Of a stretch of DNA of 64,000 nucleotides, positions 14,279 to 27,355 are shown one piece after another. The notes beneath the pieces are model-generated. The model had not been told where the DNA came from. It saw nothing but the letters and a program-made list of their open reading frames with translations, and made no database searches. Source of the DNA: the human T2T-CHM13v2.0 reference genome, Homo sapiens; assembly GCF_009914755.1 (NCBI RefSeq), contig NC_060925.1; one strand, 5' to 3'. The position numbers and the translations under genes are program-made. Within the stretch, counting starts at the first letter, position 1; each line of letters starts with the position of its first letter.

Positions 14279-17200
14279 CTGTCTAGTTTTGAAACGAAGA
14301 TATTTCCTTTTCTGCCATTGACCTTAAAGCGCTTGAAATCTACACTTGCAAATTGCACAAATAGAGTGTTTCAAATCTGCTCTGTCTAAGGGAACGTTCA
14401 ACTCTGTGAGTTGAATGCACACAACACAAGGAAGTTACTGGGAATTCTTCTGTCTAGCCTTACATGAAAAAAACCCGTTTCCAACGAAGGCCTCTAAGTG
14501 GTCAAAATATCCACGTGCAGACTTTACAAACAGAGTGTTTCCAAACCGCTGAATGAAAAGAAAAGTTAAACTCTGAGAGTTGAACGCACACATCACGCAG
14601 CAGTTTCTGAGAATGATTCTGTCTAGTTTTTATACGAAGATATTTCCTTTTCTGCCATTGGCCCCAAAGCGCTTGAAATCTCCACTTGCAAATTCCACAA
14701 AAACAGTGTTTCAAATCTGCTCTCTCTAAATGAAAGTTCAACTCTGTCAGTTGAATACACACAACACAAGGAAGTTACTGAGAATTCTTCTGTCTAGCAT
14801 AATATGAAGAAATCCCGTTTCCAACGAAGGCCTCAAAGGGGTCTGAATATCCACTTGCAGACTTTATAAACAGAGTGTTTACTAACTGCTCTATGAAAAG
14901 AAAGGTTAAACTCTGTGAGTTGAACACACACATCACAAAGGAGTTTCTGAGAATCATTCTGTCTAGTCTTTCTACGAAGATAGTTTCCTTTTCTACCATT
15001 GACCTCAAAGCGGCTGAAATCTCCACTAGCAAATTCCACAAAAAGAGTGTTTCAAGTCTGCTCTGTGTAAAGGATCGTTCAACTCTGTGAGTTGAATACA
15101 CACAACACAAGGAAGTTACTGAGAATTCTTCTGTCTAGCAGAATATGAAGAAATCCCGTTTCCAACGAAGGCCTCAAGGAGGTCTGAATATCCACTTGCA
15201 GACTTTACAAACAGAGTGTTTCCTAACTGCTCTATGAAAAGAAAGGTTAAACTCTTTGACTTGAACGCACACATCACAACGCAGTTTGTGGGAATGATTC
15301 TGTCTAGTCTTTATACGAAGATATTTCCTTTTCTACCATTGACCTCAAAGCGGCTGAAATCTCCACTTGCAAATTCCACAAAAAGAGTGTTTCAAGTCTG
15401 CTCTGTGTAAAGGATCGTTCAACTCTGTGAGTTGAATACACACAACACAAGGAAGTTACTGAGAATTCTTCTGTCTAGCAGAATATGAAGAAATCCCGTT
15501 TCCAACGAAGGCCACAAGATGTCAGAATATCCACTTACAGACTTTACAAACAGAGTGTTTCCTAACTGCTCTATGAACAGAAAGGTTAAACTCTGTGAGT
15601 TGAACGAACACATCACAACGCAGTTTGTGGGAATGATTCTGTCTAGTTTTGAAACGAAGATATTTCCTTTTCTGCCGTTGACCTTAAAGCGCTTGAAATC
15701 TACACTTGCAAATTGCACAAATAGAGTGTTTCAAATCTGCTCTGTCTAAGGGAACGTTCAACTCTGTGAGTTGAATGCACACAACACAAGGAAGTTACTG
15801 GGAATTCTTCTGTCTAGCCTTACATGAAAAAAACCCGTTTCCAACGAAGGCCTCTAAGTGGTCAAAATATCCACGTGCAGACTTTACAAACAGAGTGTTT
15901 CCAAACCGCTGAATGAAAAGAAAAGTTAAACTCTGAGAGTTGAACGCACACATCACGCAGCAGTTTCTGAGAATGATTCTGTCTAGTTTTTATACGAAGA
16001 TATTTCCTTTTCTGCCTTTGGCCCCAAAGCGCTTGAAATCTCCACTTGCAAATTCCACAAAAACAGTGTTTCAAATCTGCTCTCTCTAAATGAAAGTTCA
16101 ACTCTGTCAGTTGAATACACACAACACAAGGAAGTTACTGAGAATTCTTCTGTCTAGCATAATATGAAGAAATCCCGTTTCCAACGAAGGCCTCAAAGGG
16201 GTCTGAATATCCACTTGCAGACTTTATAAACAGAGTGTTTACTAACTGCTCTATGAAAAGAAAGGTTAAACTCTGTGAGTTGAACACACACATCACAAAG
16301 GAGTTTCTGAGAATCATTCTGTCTAGTCTTTCTACGAAGATAGTTTCCTTTTCTACCATTGACCTCAAAGCGGCTGAAATCTCCACTAGCAAATTCCACA
16401 AAAAGAGTGTTTCAAGTCTGCTCTGTGTAAAGGATCGTTCAACTCTGTGAGTTGAATACACACAACACAAGGAAGTTACTGAGAATTCTTCTGTCTAGCA
16501 GAATATGAAGAAATCCCGTTTCCAACGAAGGCCTCAAGGAGGTCTGAATATCCACTTGCAGACTTTACAAACAGAGTGTTTCCTAACTGCTCTATGAAAA
16601 GAAAGGTTAAACTCTTTGACTTGAACGCACACATCACAACGCAGTTTGTGGGAATGATTCTGTCTAGTCTTTATACGAAGATATTTCCTTTTCTACCATT
16701 GACCTCAAAGCGGCTGAAATCTCCACTTGCAAATTCCACAAAAAGAGTGTTTCAAGTCTGCTCTGTGTAAAGGATCGTTCAACTCTGTGAGTTGAATACA
16801 CACAACACAAGGAAGTTACTGAGAATTCTTCTGTCTAGCAGAATATGAAGAAATCCCGTTTCCAACGAAGGCCACAAGATGTCAGAATATCCACTTACAG
16901 ACTTTACAAACAGAGTGTTTCCTAACTGCTCTATGAACAGAAAGGTTAAACTCTGTGAGTTGAACGAACACATCACAACGCAGTTTGTGGGAATGATTCT
17001 GTCTAGTTTTGAAACGAAGATATTTCCTTTTCTGCCATTGACCTTAAAGCGCTTGAAATCTACACTTGCAAATTGCACAAATAGAGTGTTTCAAATCTGC
17101 TCTGTCTAAGGGAACGTTCAGCTCTGTGAGTTGAATGCACACAACACAAGGAAGTTACTGGGAATTCTTCTGTCTAGCCTTACATGAAAAAAACCCGTTT

Positions 17201-20200
17201 CCAACGAAGGCCTCTAAGTGGTCAAAATATCCACGTGCAGACTTTACAAACAGAGTGTTTCCAAACCGCTGAATGAAAAGAAAAGTTAAACTCTGAGAGT
17301 TGAACGCACACATCACGCAGCAGTTTCTGAGAATGATTCTGTCTAGTTTTTATACGAAGATATTTCCTTTTCTGCCTTTGGTCCCAAAGCGCTTGAAATC
17401 TCCACTTGCAAATGCCACAAAAACAGTGTTTCAAATCTGCTCTCTCTAAATGAAACTTCAACTCTGTCAGTTGAATACACAAAACACAAGGAAGTTACTG
17501 AGAATTCTTCTGTCTAGCATAATATGAAGAAATCCCGTTTCCAACGAAGGCCTCAAAGGGGTCTGAATATCCACTTGCAGACTTTATAAACAGAGTGTTT
17601 ACTAACTTCTCTATGAAAAGAAAGGTTAAACTCTGTGAGTTGAACACACACATCACAAAGGAGTTTCTGAGAATCATTCTGTCTAGTTTTTCTACGAAGA
17701 TATATCCTTTTCTACTATTGACCTCAAAGCGGCTGAAATCTCCACTTGCAAATTCCACAAAAAGAGAGTTTCAAGTCTGCTCTGTGTAAAGGATCGTTCA
17801 ACTCTGTGAGTTGAATACACACAACACAAGGAAGTTACTGAGAATTCTTCTGTCTAGCAGAATATGAAGAAATCCCGTTTCCAACGAAGGCCTCAAAGAG
17901 GTCTGAATATCCACTTGCAGACTTTACAAACAGAGTGTTTCCTAACTGCTCTATGAAAAGAAAGGTTAAACTCTGTGAGTTGAACGCACACATCACAAAG
18001 GAGTTTATGAGAATCATTCTGTCTAGTTTCTATAGGAAGATATTTCCTATTCTACCATTGACCTCAAAGCGGCTGAAATCTCCACTTGCAAATTCCACAA
18101 AAAGAGTGTTTCAAGTCTGCTCTCTGTAAAGGATCGTTCAACTCTGAGAGTTGAATACACACAACACAAGGAAGTTACTGAGAATTATTCTGTCTAGCAT
18201 AATATGAAGAAATGCCGTTTCCAACGAAGGCCACAAAGAGGTCTGAATATCCACTTGCAGACTTTACAAACAGAGTGTTTCCTAACTGCTCTATGAAAAG
18301 AAAAGTTAATCTCTGTGAGTTGAACGCACACATCACAAACGAGTTTCTGAGAATCATTCTGTCTAGTCTTTATACGAAGATATTTCCTTTTCTACCATTG
18401 ACCTCAAAGCGGCTGAAATCTCCACTTGCAAATTCCACAAAAAGAGTGTTTCAAGTCTGCTCTGTGTAAAGGATCGTTCAACTCTGTGAGTTGAATACAC
18501 ACAACACAAGGAAGTTAGTGAGAATTCTTCTGTCTAGCAGAATATGAAGAAATCCCATTTCCAACGAAGGCCTCAAGGAGGTCTGAATATCCACTTGCAG
18601 ACTTTACAAACAGAGTGTTTCCTAACTGCTCTATGAAAAGAAAGGTTAAACTCTGTGAGTTGAACGCACACATCACAAAGGAGTTTCTGAGAATCATTCT
18701 GTCTTGTTTCTATACGAAGATATTTCCTTTTCTACCATTGACCTCAAAGCGGCTGAAATCTCCACTTGCAAATTCCACAAAAAGAGTGTTTCAAGTCTGC
18801 TCTGTGTAAAGGATCGTTCAATTCTGTGAGTTGAATACACACAACACAAGGAAGTTACTGAGAATTCTTCTGTCTAGCAGAATATGAAGAAATCCCGTTT
18901 CCAACGAAGGCCACAAGATGTCAGAATATCCACTTTCAGACTTTACAAACAGAGTGTTTCCTAACTGCTCTATGAACAGAAAGGTTAAACTCTGTGAGTT
19001 GAACGAACACATCACAACGCAGTTTGTGGGAATGATTCTGTCTAGTTTTGAAACGAAGATATTTCCTTTTCTGCCATTGACCTTAAAGCGCTTGAAATCT
19101 ACACTTGCAAATTGCACAAATAGAGTGTTTCAAATCTGCTCTGTCTAAGGGAACGTTCAACTCTGTGAGTTGAATGCACACAACACAAGGAAGTTACTGG
19201 GAATTCTTCTGTCTAGCCTTACAGGAAAAAAACCCGTTTCCAACGAAGGCCTCTAAGTGGTCAAAATATCCACGTGCAGACTTTACAAACAGAGTGTTTC
19301 CAAACGGCTGAATGAAAAGAAAAGTTAAAGTCTGAGAGTTGAACGCACACATCACGCAGCAGTTTCTGAGAATGATTCTGTCTAGTTTTTATACGAAGAT
19401 ATTTCCTTTTCTGCCTTTGGCCCCAAAGCGCTTGAAATCTCCACTTGCAAATTCCACAAAAACAGTGTTTCAAATCTGCTCTCTCTAAATGAAAGTTCAA
19501 CTCTGTCAGTTGAATACACACAACACAAGGAAGTTACTGAGAATTCTTCTGTCTAGCATAATATGAAGAAATCCCGTTTCCAACGAAGGCCTCAAAGGGG
19601 TCTGAATATCCACTTGCAGACTTTATAAACAGAGTGTTTACTAACTGCTCTATGAAAAGAAAGGTTAAACTCTGTGAGTTGAACACACACATCACAAAGG
19701 AGTTTCTGAGAATCATTCTGTCTAGTCTTTCTACGAAGATAGTTTCCTTTTCTACCATTGACCTCAAAGCGGCTGAAATCTCCACTAGCAAATTCCACAA
19801 AAAGAGTGTTTCAAGTCTGCTCTGTGTAAAGGATCGTTCAACTCTGTGAGTTGAATACACACAACACAAGGAAGTTACTGAGAATTCTTCTGTCTAGCAG
19901 AATATGAAGAAATCCCGTTTCCAACGAAGGCCTCAAGGAGGTCTGAATATCCACTTGCAGACTTTACAAACTGAGTGTTTCCTAACTGCTCTATGAAAAG
20001 AAAGGTTAAACTCTTTGACTTGAACGCACACATCACAACGCAGTTTGTGGGAATGATTCTGTCTAGTCTTTATACGAAGATATTTCCTTTTCTACCATTG
20101 ACCTCAAAGCGGCTGAAATCTCCACTTGCAAATTCCACAAAAAGAGTGTTTCAAGTCTGCTCTGTGTAAAGGATCGTTCAACTCTGTGAGTTGAATACAC

Positions 20201-21757
20201 ACAACACAAGGAAGTTACTGAGAATTCTTCTGTCTAGCAGAATATGAAGAAATCCCGTTTCCAACGAAGGCCACAAGATGTCAGAATATCCACTTACAGA
20301 CTTTACAAACAGAGTGTTTCCTAACTGCTCTATGAACAGAAAGGTTAAACTCTGTGAGTTGAACGAACACATCACAACGCAGTTTGTGGGAATGATTCTG
20401 TCTAGTTTTGAAACGAAGATATTTCCTTTTCTGCCGTTGACCTTAAAGCGCTTGAAATCTACACTTGCAAATTGCACAAATAGAGTGTTTCAAATCTGCT
20501 CTGTCTAAGGGAACGTTCAACTCTGTGAGTTGAATGCACACAACACAAGGAAGTTACTGGGAATTCTTCTGTCTAGCCTTACATGAAAAAAACCCGTTTC
20601 CAACGAAGGCCTCTAAGTGGTCAAAATATCCACGTGCAGACTTTACAAACAGAGTGTTTCCAAACCGCTGAATGAAAAGAAAAGTTAAACTCTGAGAGTT
20701 GAACGCACATATCACGCAGCAGTTTCTGAGAATGATTCTGTCTAGTTTTTATACGAAGATATTTCCTTTTCTGCCTTTGGCCCCAAAGCGCTTGAAATCT
20801 CCACTTGCAAATTCCACAAAAACAGTGTTTCAAATCTGCTCTCTCTAAATGAAAGTTCAACTCTGTCAGTTGAATACACACAACACAAGGAAGTTACTGA
20901 GAATTCTTCTGTCTAGCATAATATGAAGAAATCCCGTTTCCAACGAAGGCCTCAAAGGGGTCTGAATATCCACTTGCAGACTTTATAAACAGAGTGTTTA
21001 CTAACTGCTCTATGAAAAGAAAGGTTAAACTCTGTGAGTTGAACACACACATCACAAAGGAGTTTCTGAGAATCATTCTGTCTAGTCTTTCTACGAAGAT
21101 AGTTTCCTTTTCTACCATTGACCTCAAAGCGGCTGAAATCTCCACTAGCAAATTCCACAAAAAGAGTGTTTCAAGTCTGCTCTGTGTAAAGGATCGTTCA
21201 ACTCTGTGAGTTGAATACACACAACACAAGGAAGTTACTGAGAATTCTTCTGTCTAGCAGAATATGAAGAAATCCCGTTTCCAACGAAGGCCTCAAGGAG
21301 GTCTGAATATCCACTTGCAGACTTTACAAACAGAGTGTTTCCTAACTGCTCTATGAAAAGAAAGGTTAAACTCTTTGACTTGAACGCACACATCACAACG
21401 CAGTTTGTGGGAATGATTCTGTCTAGTCTTTATACGAAGATATTCCCTTTTCTACCATTGACCTCAAAGCGGCTGAAATCTCCACTTGCAAATTCCACAA
21501 AAAGAGTGTTTCAAGTCTGCTCTGTGTAAAGGATCGTTCAACTCTGTGAGTTGAATACACACAACACAAGGAAGTTACTGAGAATTCTTCTGTCTAGCAG
21601 AATATGAAGAAATCCCGTTTCCAACGAAGGCCACAAGATGTCAGAATATCCACTTACAGACTTTACAAACAGAGTGTTTCCTAACTGCTCTATGAACAGA
21701 AAGGTTAAACTCTGTGAGTTGAACGAACACATCACAACGCAGTTTGTGGGAATGATT
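12240..21757 (-). repeat. 4759-bp super-repeat x2 (12-mer + 8-mer + 8-mer): 12240-16998 and 16999-21757
   Basis: The unit series 2039, 1360, 1360 occurs twice. GCCGTTG appears only in the second 8-mer of each copy (~15675, ~20434). GGTCCC/AAACTTC, TAACTTCTC, AAATCCCAT and CCACTTTCAG recur at +4759. Confidence 0.9.
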
Positions 21758-24631
21758 CTGTCTAGTTTTGAAACGAAGATATTTCCTTTTCTGCCATTGA
21801 CCTTAAAGCGCTTGAAATCTACACTTGCAAATTGCACAAATAGAGTGTTTCAAATCTGCTCTGTCTAAGGGAACGTTCAGCTCTGTGAGTTGAATGCACA
21901 CAACACAAGGAAGTTACTGGGAATTCTTCTGTCTAGCCTTACATGAAAAAAACCCGTTTCCAACGAAGGCCTCTAAGTGGTCAAAATATCCACGTGCAGA
22001 CTTTACAAACAGAGTGTTTCCAAACCGCTGAATGAAAAGAAAAGTTAAACTCTGAGAGTTGAACGCACACATCACGCAGCAGTTTCTGAGAATGATTCTG
22101 TCTAGTTTTTATACGAAGATATTTCCTTTTCTGCCTTTGGCCCCAAAGCGCTTGAAATCTCCACTTGCAAATTCCACAAAAACAGTGTTTCAAATCTGCT
22201 CTCTCTAAATGAAAGTTCAACTCTGTCAGTTGAATACACACAACACAAGGAAGTTACTGAGAATTCTTCTGTCTAGCATAATATGAAGAAATCCCGTTTC
22301 CAACGAAGGCCTCAAAGGGGTCTGAATATCCACTTGCAGACTTTATAAACAGAGTGTTTACTAACTGCTCTATGAAAAGAAAGGTTAAACTCTGTGAGTT
22401 GAACACACACATCACAAAGGAGTTTCTGAGAATCATTCTGTCTAGTTTTTCTACGAAGATATTTCCTTTTCTACTATTGACCTCAAAGCTGCTGAAATCT
22501 CCACTTGCAAATTCCACATAAAGAGTGTTTCAAGTCTGCTCTGTGTAAAGTATCGTTCAACTCTGTGAGTTGAATACACACAACACAAGGAAGTTACTGA
22601 GAATTCTTCTGTCTAGCAGAATATGAAGAAATCCCGTTTCCAACGAAGGCCTCAAAGAGGTCTGAATATCCTCTTCCAGACTTTACAAACAGAGTGTTTC
22701 CTAACTGCTCTATGAAAAGAAAGGTTAAACTCTGAGAGTTGAACGCACACATCACAAAGGAGTTTATGAGAATCATTCTGTCTAGTTTCTATAGGAAGAT
22801 ATTTCCTATTCTACCATTGACCTCAAAGCGGCTGAAATCTCCACTTGCAAATTCCACAAAAAGAGTGTTTCAAGTCTGCTCTCTGTAAAGGATCGTTCAA
22901 CTCTGAGAGTTGAATACACACAACACAAGGAAGTTACTGAGAATTATTCTGTCTAGCATAATATGAAGAAATCCCGTTTCCAACAAAGGCCACAAAGAGG
23001 TCTGAATATCCACTTGCAGACTTTACAAACAGAGTGTTTCCTAACTGCTCTATGAAAAGAAAAGTTAAACTCTGTGAGTTGAACGCACACATCACAAAGG
23101 AGTTTCTGAGAATCATTCTGTCTAGTCTTTATACGAAGATATTTCCTTTTCTACCATTGACCTCAAAGCGGCTGAAATCTCCACTTGCCAATTCTACAAA
23201 AAGAGTGTTTCAAGTCTGCTCTGTGTAAAGGATCGTTCAACTCTGTGAGTTGAATACACACAACACAAGGAAGTTACTGAGAATTCTTCTGTCTAGCAGA
23301 ATATGAAGAAATCCCATTTCCAACGAAGGCCTCAAGGAGGTCTGAATATCCACTTGCAGACTTTACAAACAGAGTGTTTCCTAACTGCTCTATGAAAAGA
23401 AAGGTTAAACTCTGTGAGTTGAACGCACACATCACAAAGGAGTTTCTGAGAATCATTCTGTCTATTTTCTATAGGAAGATATATCCTATTCTACCATTGA
23501 CCTCAAAGCGGCTGAAATCTCCACTTGCAAATTCCACAAAAAGAGTGTTTCAAGTCTGCTCTGTGTAAAGGATCGTTCAACTCTGTGAGTTGAATACACA
23601 CAACACAAGGAAGTTACTGAGAATTCTTCTGTCTAGCAGAATATGAAGAAATCCCGTTTCCAACGAAGGCCACAAGATGTCAGAATATCCACTTACAGAC
23701 TTTACAAACAGAGTGTTTCCTAACTGCTCTATGAACAGAAAGGTTAAACTCTGTGAGTTGAACGAACACATCACAACGCAGTTTGTGGGAATGATTCTGT
23801 CTAGTTTTGAAACGAAGATATTTCCTTTTCTGCCGTTGACCTTAAAGCGCTTGAAATCTACACTTGCAAATTGCACAAATAGAGTGTTTCAAATCTGCTC
23901 TGTCTAAGGGAACGTTCAACTCTGTGAGTTGAATGCACACAACACAAGGAAGTTACTGGGAATTCTTCTGTCTAGCCTTACATGAAAAAACCCGTTTCCA
24001 ACGAAGGCCTCTAAGTGGTCAAAATATCCACGTGCAGACTTTACAAACAGAGTGTTTCCAAACCGCTGAATGAAAAGAAAAGTTAAACTCTGAGAGTTGA
24101 ACGCACACATCACGCAGCAGTTTCTGAGAATGATTCTGTCTAGTTTTTATACGAAGATATTTCCTTTTCTGCCTTTGGCCCCAAAGCGCTTGAAATCTCC
24201 ACTTGCAAATTCCACAAAAACAGTGTTTCAAATCTGCTCTCTCTAAATGAAAGTTCAACTCTGTCAGTTGAATACACACAACACAAGGAAGTTACTGAGA
24301 ATTCTTCTGTCTAGCATAATATGAAGAAATCCCGTTTCCAACGAAGGCCTCAAAGGGGTCTGAATATCCACTTGCAGACTTTATAAACAGAGTGTTTACT
24401 AACTGCTCTATGAAAAGAAAGGTTAAACTCTGTGAGTTGAACACACACATCACAAAGGAGTTTCTGAGAATCATTCTGTCTAGTTTTTCTACGAAGATAT
24501 TTCCTTTTCTACTATTGACCTGAAAGCGGCTGAAATCTCCACTTGCAAATTCCACAAAAAGAGTGTTTCAAGTCTGCTCTGTGTAAGGGATCGTTCAACT
24601 CTGTGAGTTGAATACACACAACACAAGGAAG

Positions 24632-27355
24632 TTACTGAGAATTCTTCTGTCTAGCAGAATAGGAAGAAATCCCGTTTCCAACGAAGGCCTCAAGGAGGTC
24701 TGAATATCCACTTGCAGACTTTACAAACAGAGTGTTTCCTAACTGCTCTATGAGAAGAAAAGTTAAACTCTGTGAGTTGAACGCACACATCACAAAAGAT
24801 TTTCTGAGAATCATTCTGTCTAGTCTTTATAAGAAGATAGCTTCCTTTTCTACCATTGACCTCAAAGCGGCTGAAATCTCCACTTGCAAATTCCACAAAA
24901 AGAATGTTTCAAGTCTGCTCTGTGTAAAGGATCGTTCAACTCTGTGAGTTGAATACACACAACACAAGGAAGTTACTGAGAATTCTTCTGTCTAGCATAA
25001 TATGAAGAAATCCCGTTTCCAACGAAGGCCTCAAAGAGGTCTGAATATCCACTTGCAGACTTTACAAACAGAGTGTTTCCTAACTGCTATATGAAAAGAA
25101 AAGTTAAACTCTGTGAGTTGAACGCACACATCACAAAGGAGTTTATGAGAATCATTCTGTCTAGTCTTTATACGAAGATATTTCCTTTTCTACCATTGAC
25201 CTCAAAGCGGCTGAAATCTCCACTTGCAAATTCCACAAAAAGAGTGTTTCAAGTCTGCTCTGTGTAAAGGATCGTTCAACTCTGTGAGTTGAATACACAC
25301 AACACAAGGAAGTTACTGAGAATTCTTCTGTCTAGCAGAATATGAAGAAATCCCGTTTCCAACGAAGGCCTCAAGGAGGTCTGAATATCCACTTGCAGAC
25401 TTTACAAACAGAGTGTTTCCTAACTGCTCTATGAAAAGAAAGGTTAAACTCTGTGAGTTGAACGCACACATCACAAAGGAGTTTCTGAGAATCATTCTGT
25501 CTAGTTTCTATAAGAAGATATTTCCTATTCTACCATTGACCTCAAAGCGGCTGAAATCTCCACTTGCAAATTCGACAAAAAGAGTGTTTCAAGCCTGCTC
25601 TCTGTAAAGGATCCTTCAACTCTGTGAGTTGAATACACACAACACAAGGAAGTTACTGAGAATTATTCTGTCTAGCATAATATGAAGAAATCCCGTTTCC
25701 AGCGAAGGCCTCAAAGAGGTCTGAATATCCACTTGCAGACTTTACAAACAGAGGGTTTCCTAACTGCTCTATGAGAAGAAAAGTTAAACTCTGTGAGTTG
25801 AACACACACATCACAAAACATTTTCTGAGAATCATTCTGTCTAGTCTTTATAAGAAGATAGCTTCCTTTTCTACCATTGACCTCAAATCGGCTGAAATCT
25901 CCACTTGCAAATTCCACAAAAAGAGTGTTTCAAGTCTGCTCTGTGTAAAGGATCGTTCAACTCTGTGAGTTGAATACACACAACACAAGGAAGTTACTGA
26001 GAATTCTTCTGTCTAGCAGAATATGAAGAAATCCCGTTTCCAAAGAAGGCCTCAAGGAGGTCTGAATATCCACTTGCAGACTTTACAAACAGAGTGTTTC
26101 CTAACTGCTCTATGAGAAGAAAAGTTAAACTCTGTGAGTTGAACGCACACATCACAAAAGATTTTCTGAGAATCATTCTGTCTAGTCTTTATAAGAAGAT
26201 AGCTTCCTTTTCTACCATTGACCTCAAAGCGGCTGAAATCTCCACTTGCAAATTCCACAAAAAGAATGTTTCAAGTCTGCTCTGTGTAAAGGATCGTTCA
26301 ACTCTGTGAGTTGAATACACACAACACAAGGAAGTTACTGAGAATTATTCTGTCTAGCATAATATGAAGAAATCCCGTTTCCAACGAAGGCCTCAAAGAG
26401 GTCTGAATATCCACTTGCAGACTTTACAAACAGAGTGTTTCCTAACTGCTATATGAAAAGAAAAGTTAAACTCTGTGAGTTGAACGCACACATCACAAAG
26501 GAGTTTATGAGAATCATTCTGTCTAGTCTTTATACGAAGATATTTCCTTTTCTACCATTGACCTCAAAGCGGCTGAAATCTCCACTTGCAAATTCCACAA
26601 AAAGAGTGTTTCAAGTCTGCTCTGTGTAAAGGATCGTTCAACTCTGTGAGTAGAATACACACAACACAAGGAAGTTACTGAGAATTCTTCTGTCTAGCAG
26701 AATATGAAGAAATCCCGTTTCCAACGAAGGCCTCAAGGAGGTCTGAATATCCACTTGCAGACTTTACAAACAGAGTGTTTCCTAACTGCTCTATGAAAAG
26801 AAAGGTTAAACTCTGTGAGTTGAACGCACACATCACAAAGGAGTTTCTGAGAATCATTCTGTCTAGTTTCTATAAGAAGATATTTCCTATTCTACCATTG
26901 ACCTCAAAGCGGCTGAAATCTCCACTTGCAAATTCGACAAAAAGAGTGTTTCAAGCCTGCTCTCTGTAAAGGATCCTTCAACTCTGTGAGTTGAATACAC
27001 ACAACACAAGGAAGTTACTGAGAATTATTCTGTCTAGCATAATATGAAGAAATCACGTTTCCAACGAAGGCCTCAAAGAGGTCTGAATATCCACTTGCAG
27101 ACTTTACAAACAGAGTGTTTCCTAACTGCTCTATGAGAAGAAAAGTTAAACTCTGTGAGTTGAACGCACACATCACAAAAGATTTTCTGAGAATCATTCT
27201 GTCTAGTCTTTATAAGAAGATAGCTTCCTTTTCTACCATTGACCTCAAATCGGCTGAAATCTCCACTTGCAAATTCCACAAAAAGAGTGTTTCAAGTCTG
27301 CTCTGTGTAAAGGATCGTTCAACTCTGTGAGTTGAATACACACAACACAAGGAAG
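24632..27355 (-). repeat. Tandem 1362-bp (8-monomer) duplication inside the 22-mer at 23797-27538
   Basis: ORF series 24632/25073/25313/25653 recurs at 25994/26435/26675/27015. Markers GCTATATG, TTCGACA..AAGCCTGC..ATCCTT and AGCTTCC..AAATCGG occur twice. Ends are approximate. Confidence 0.87.
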
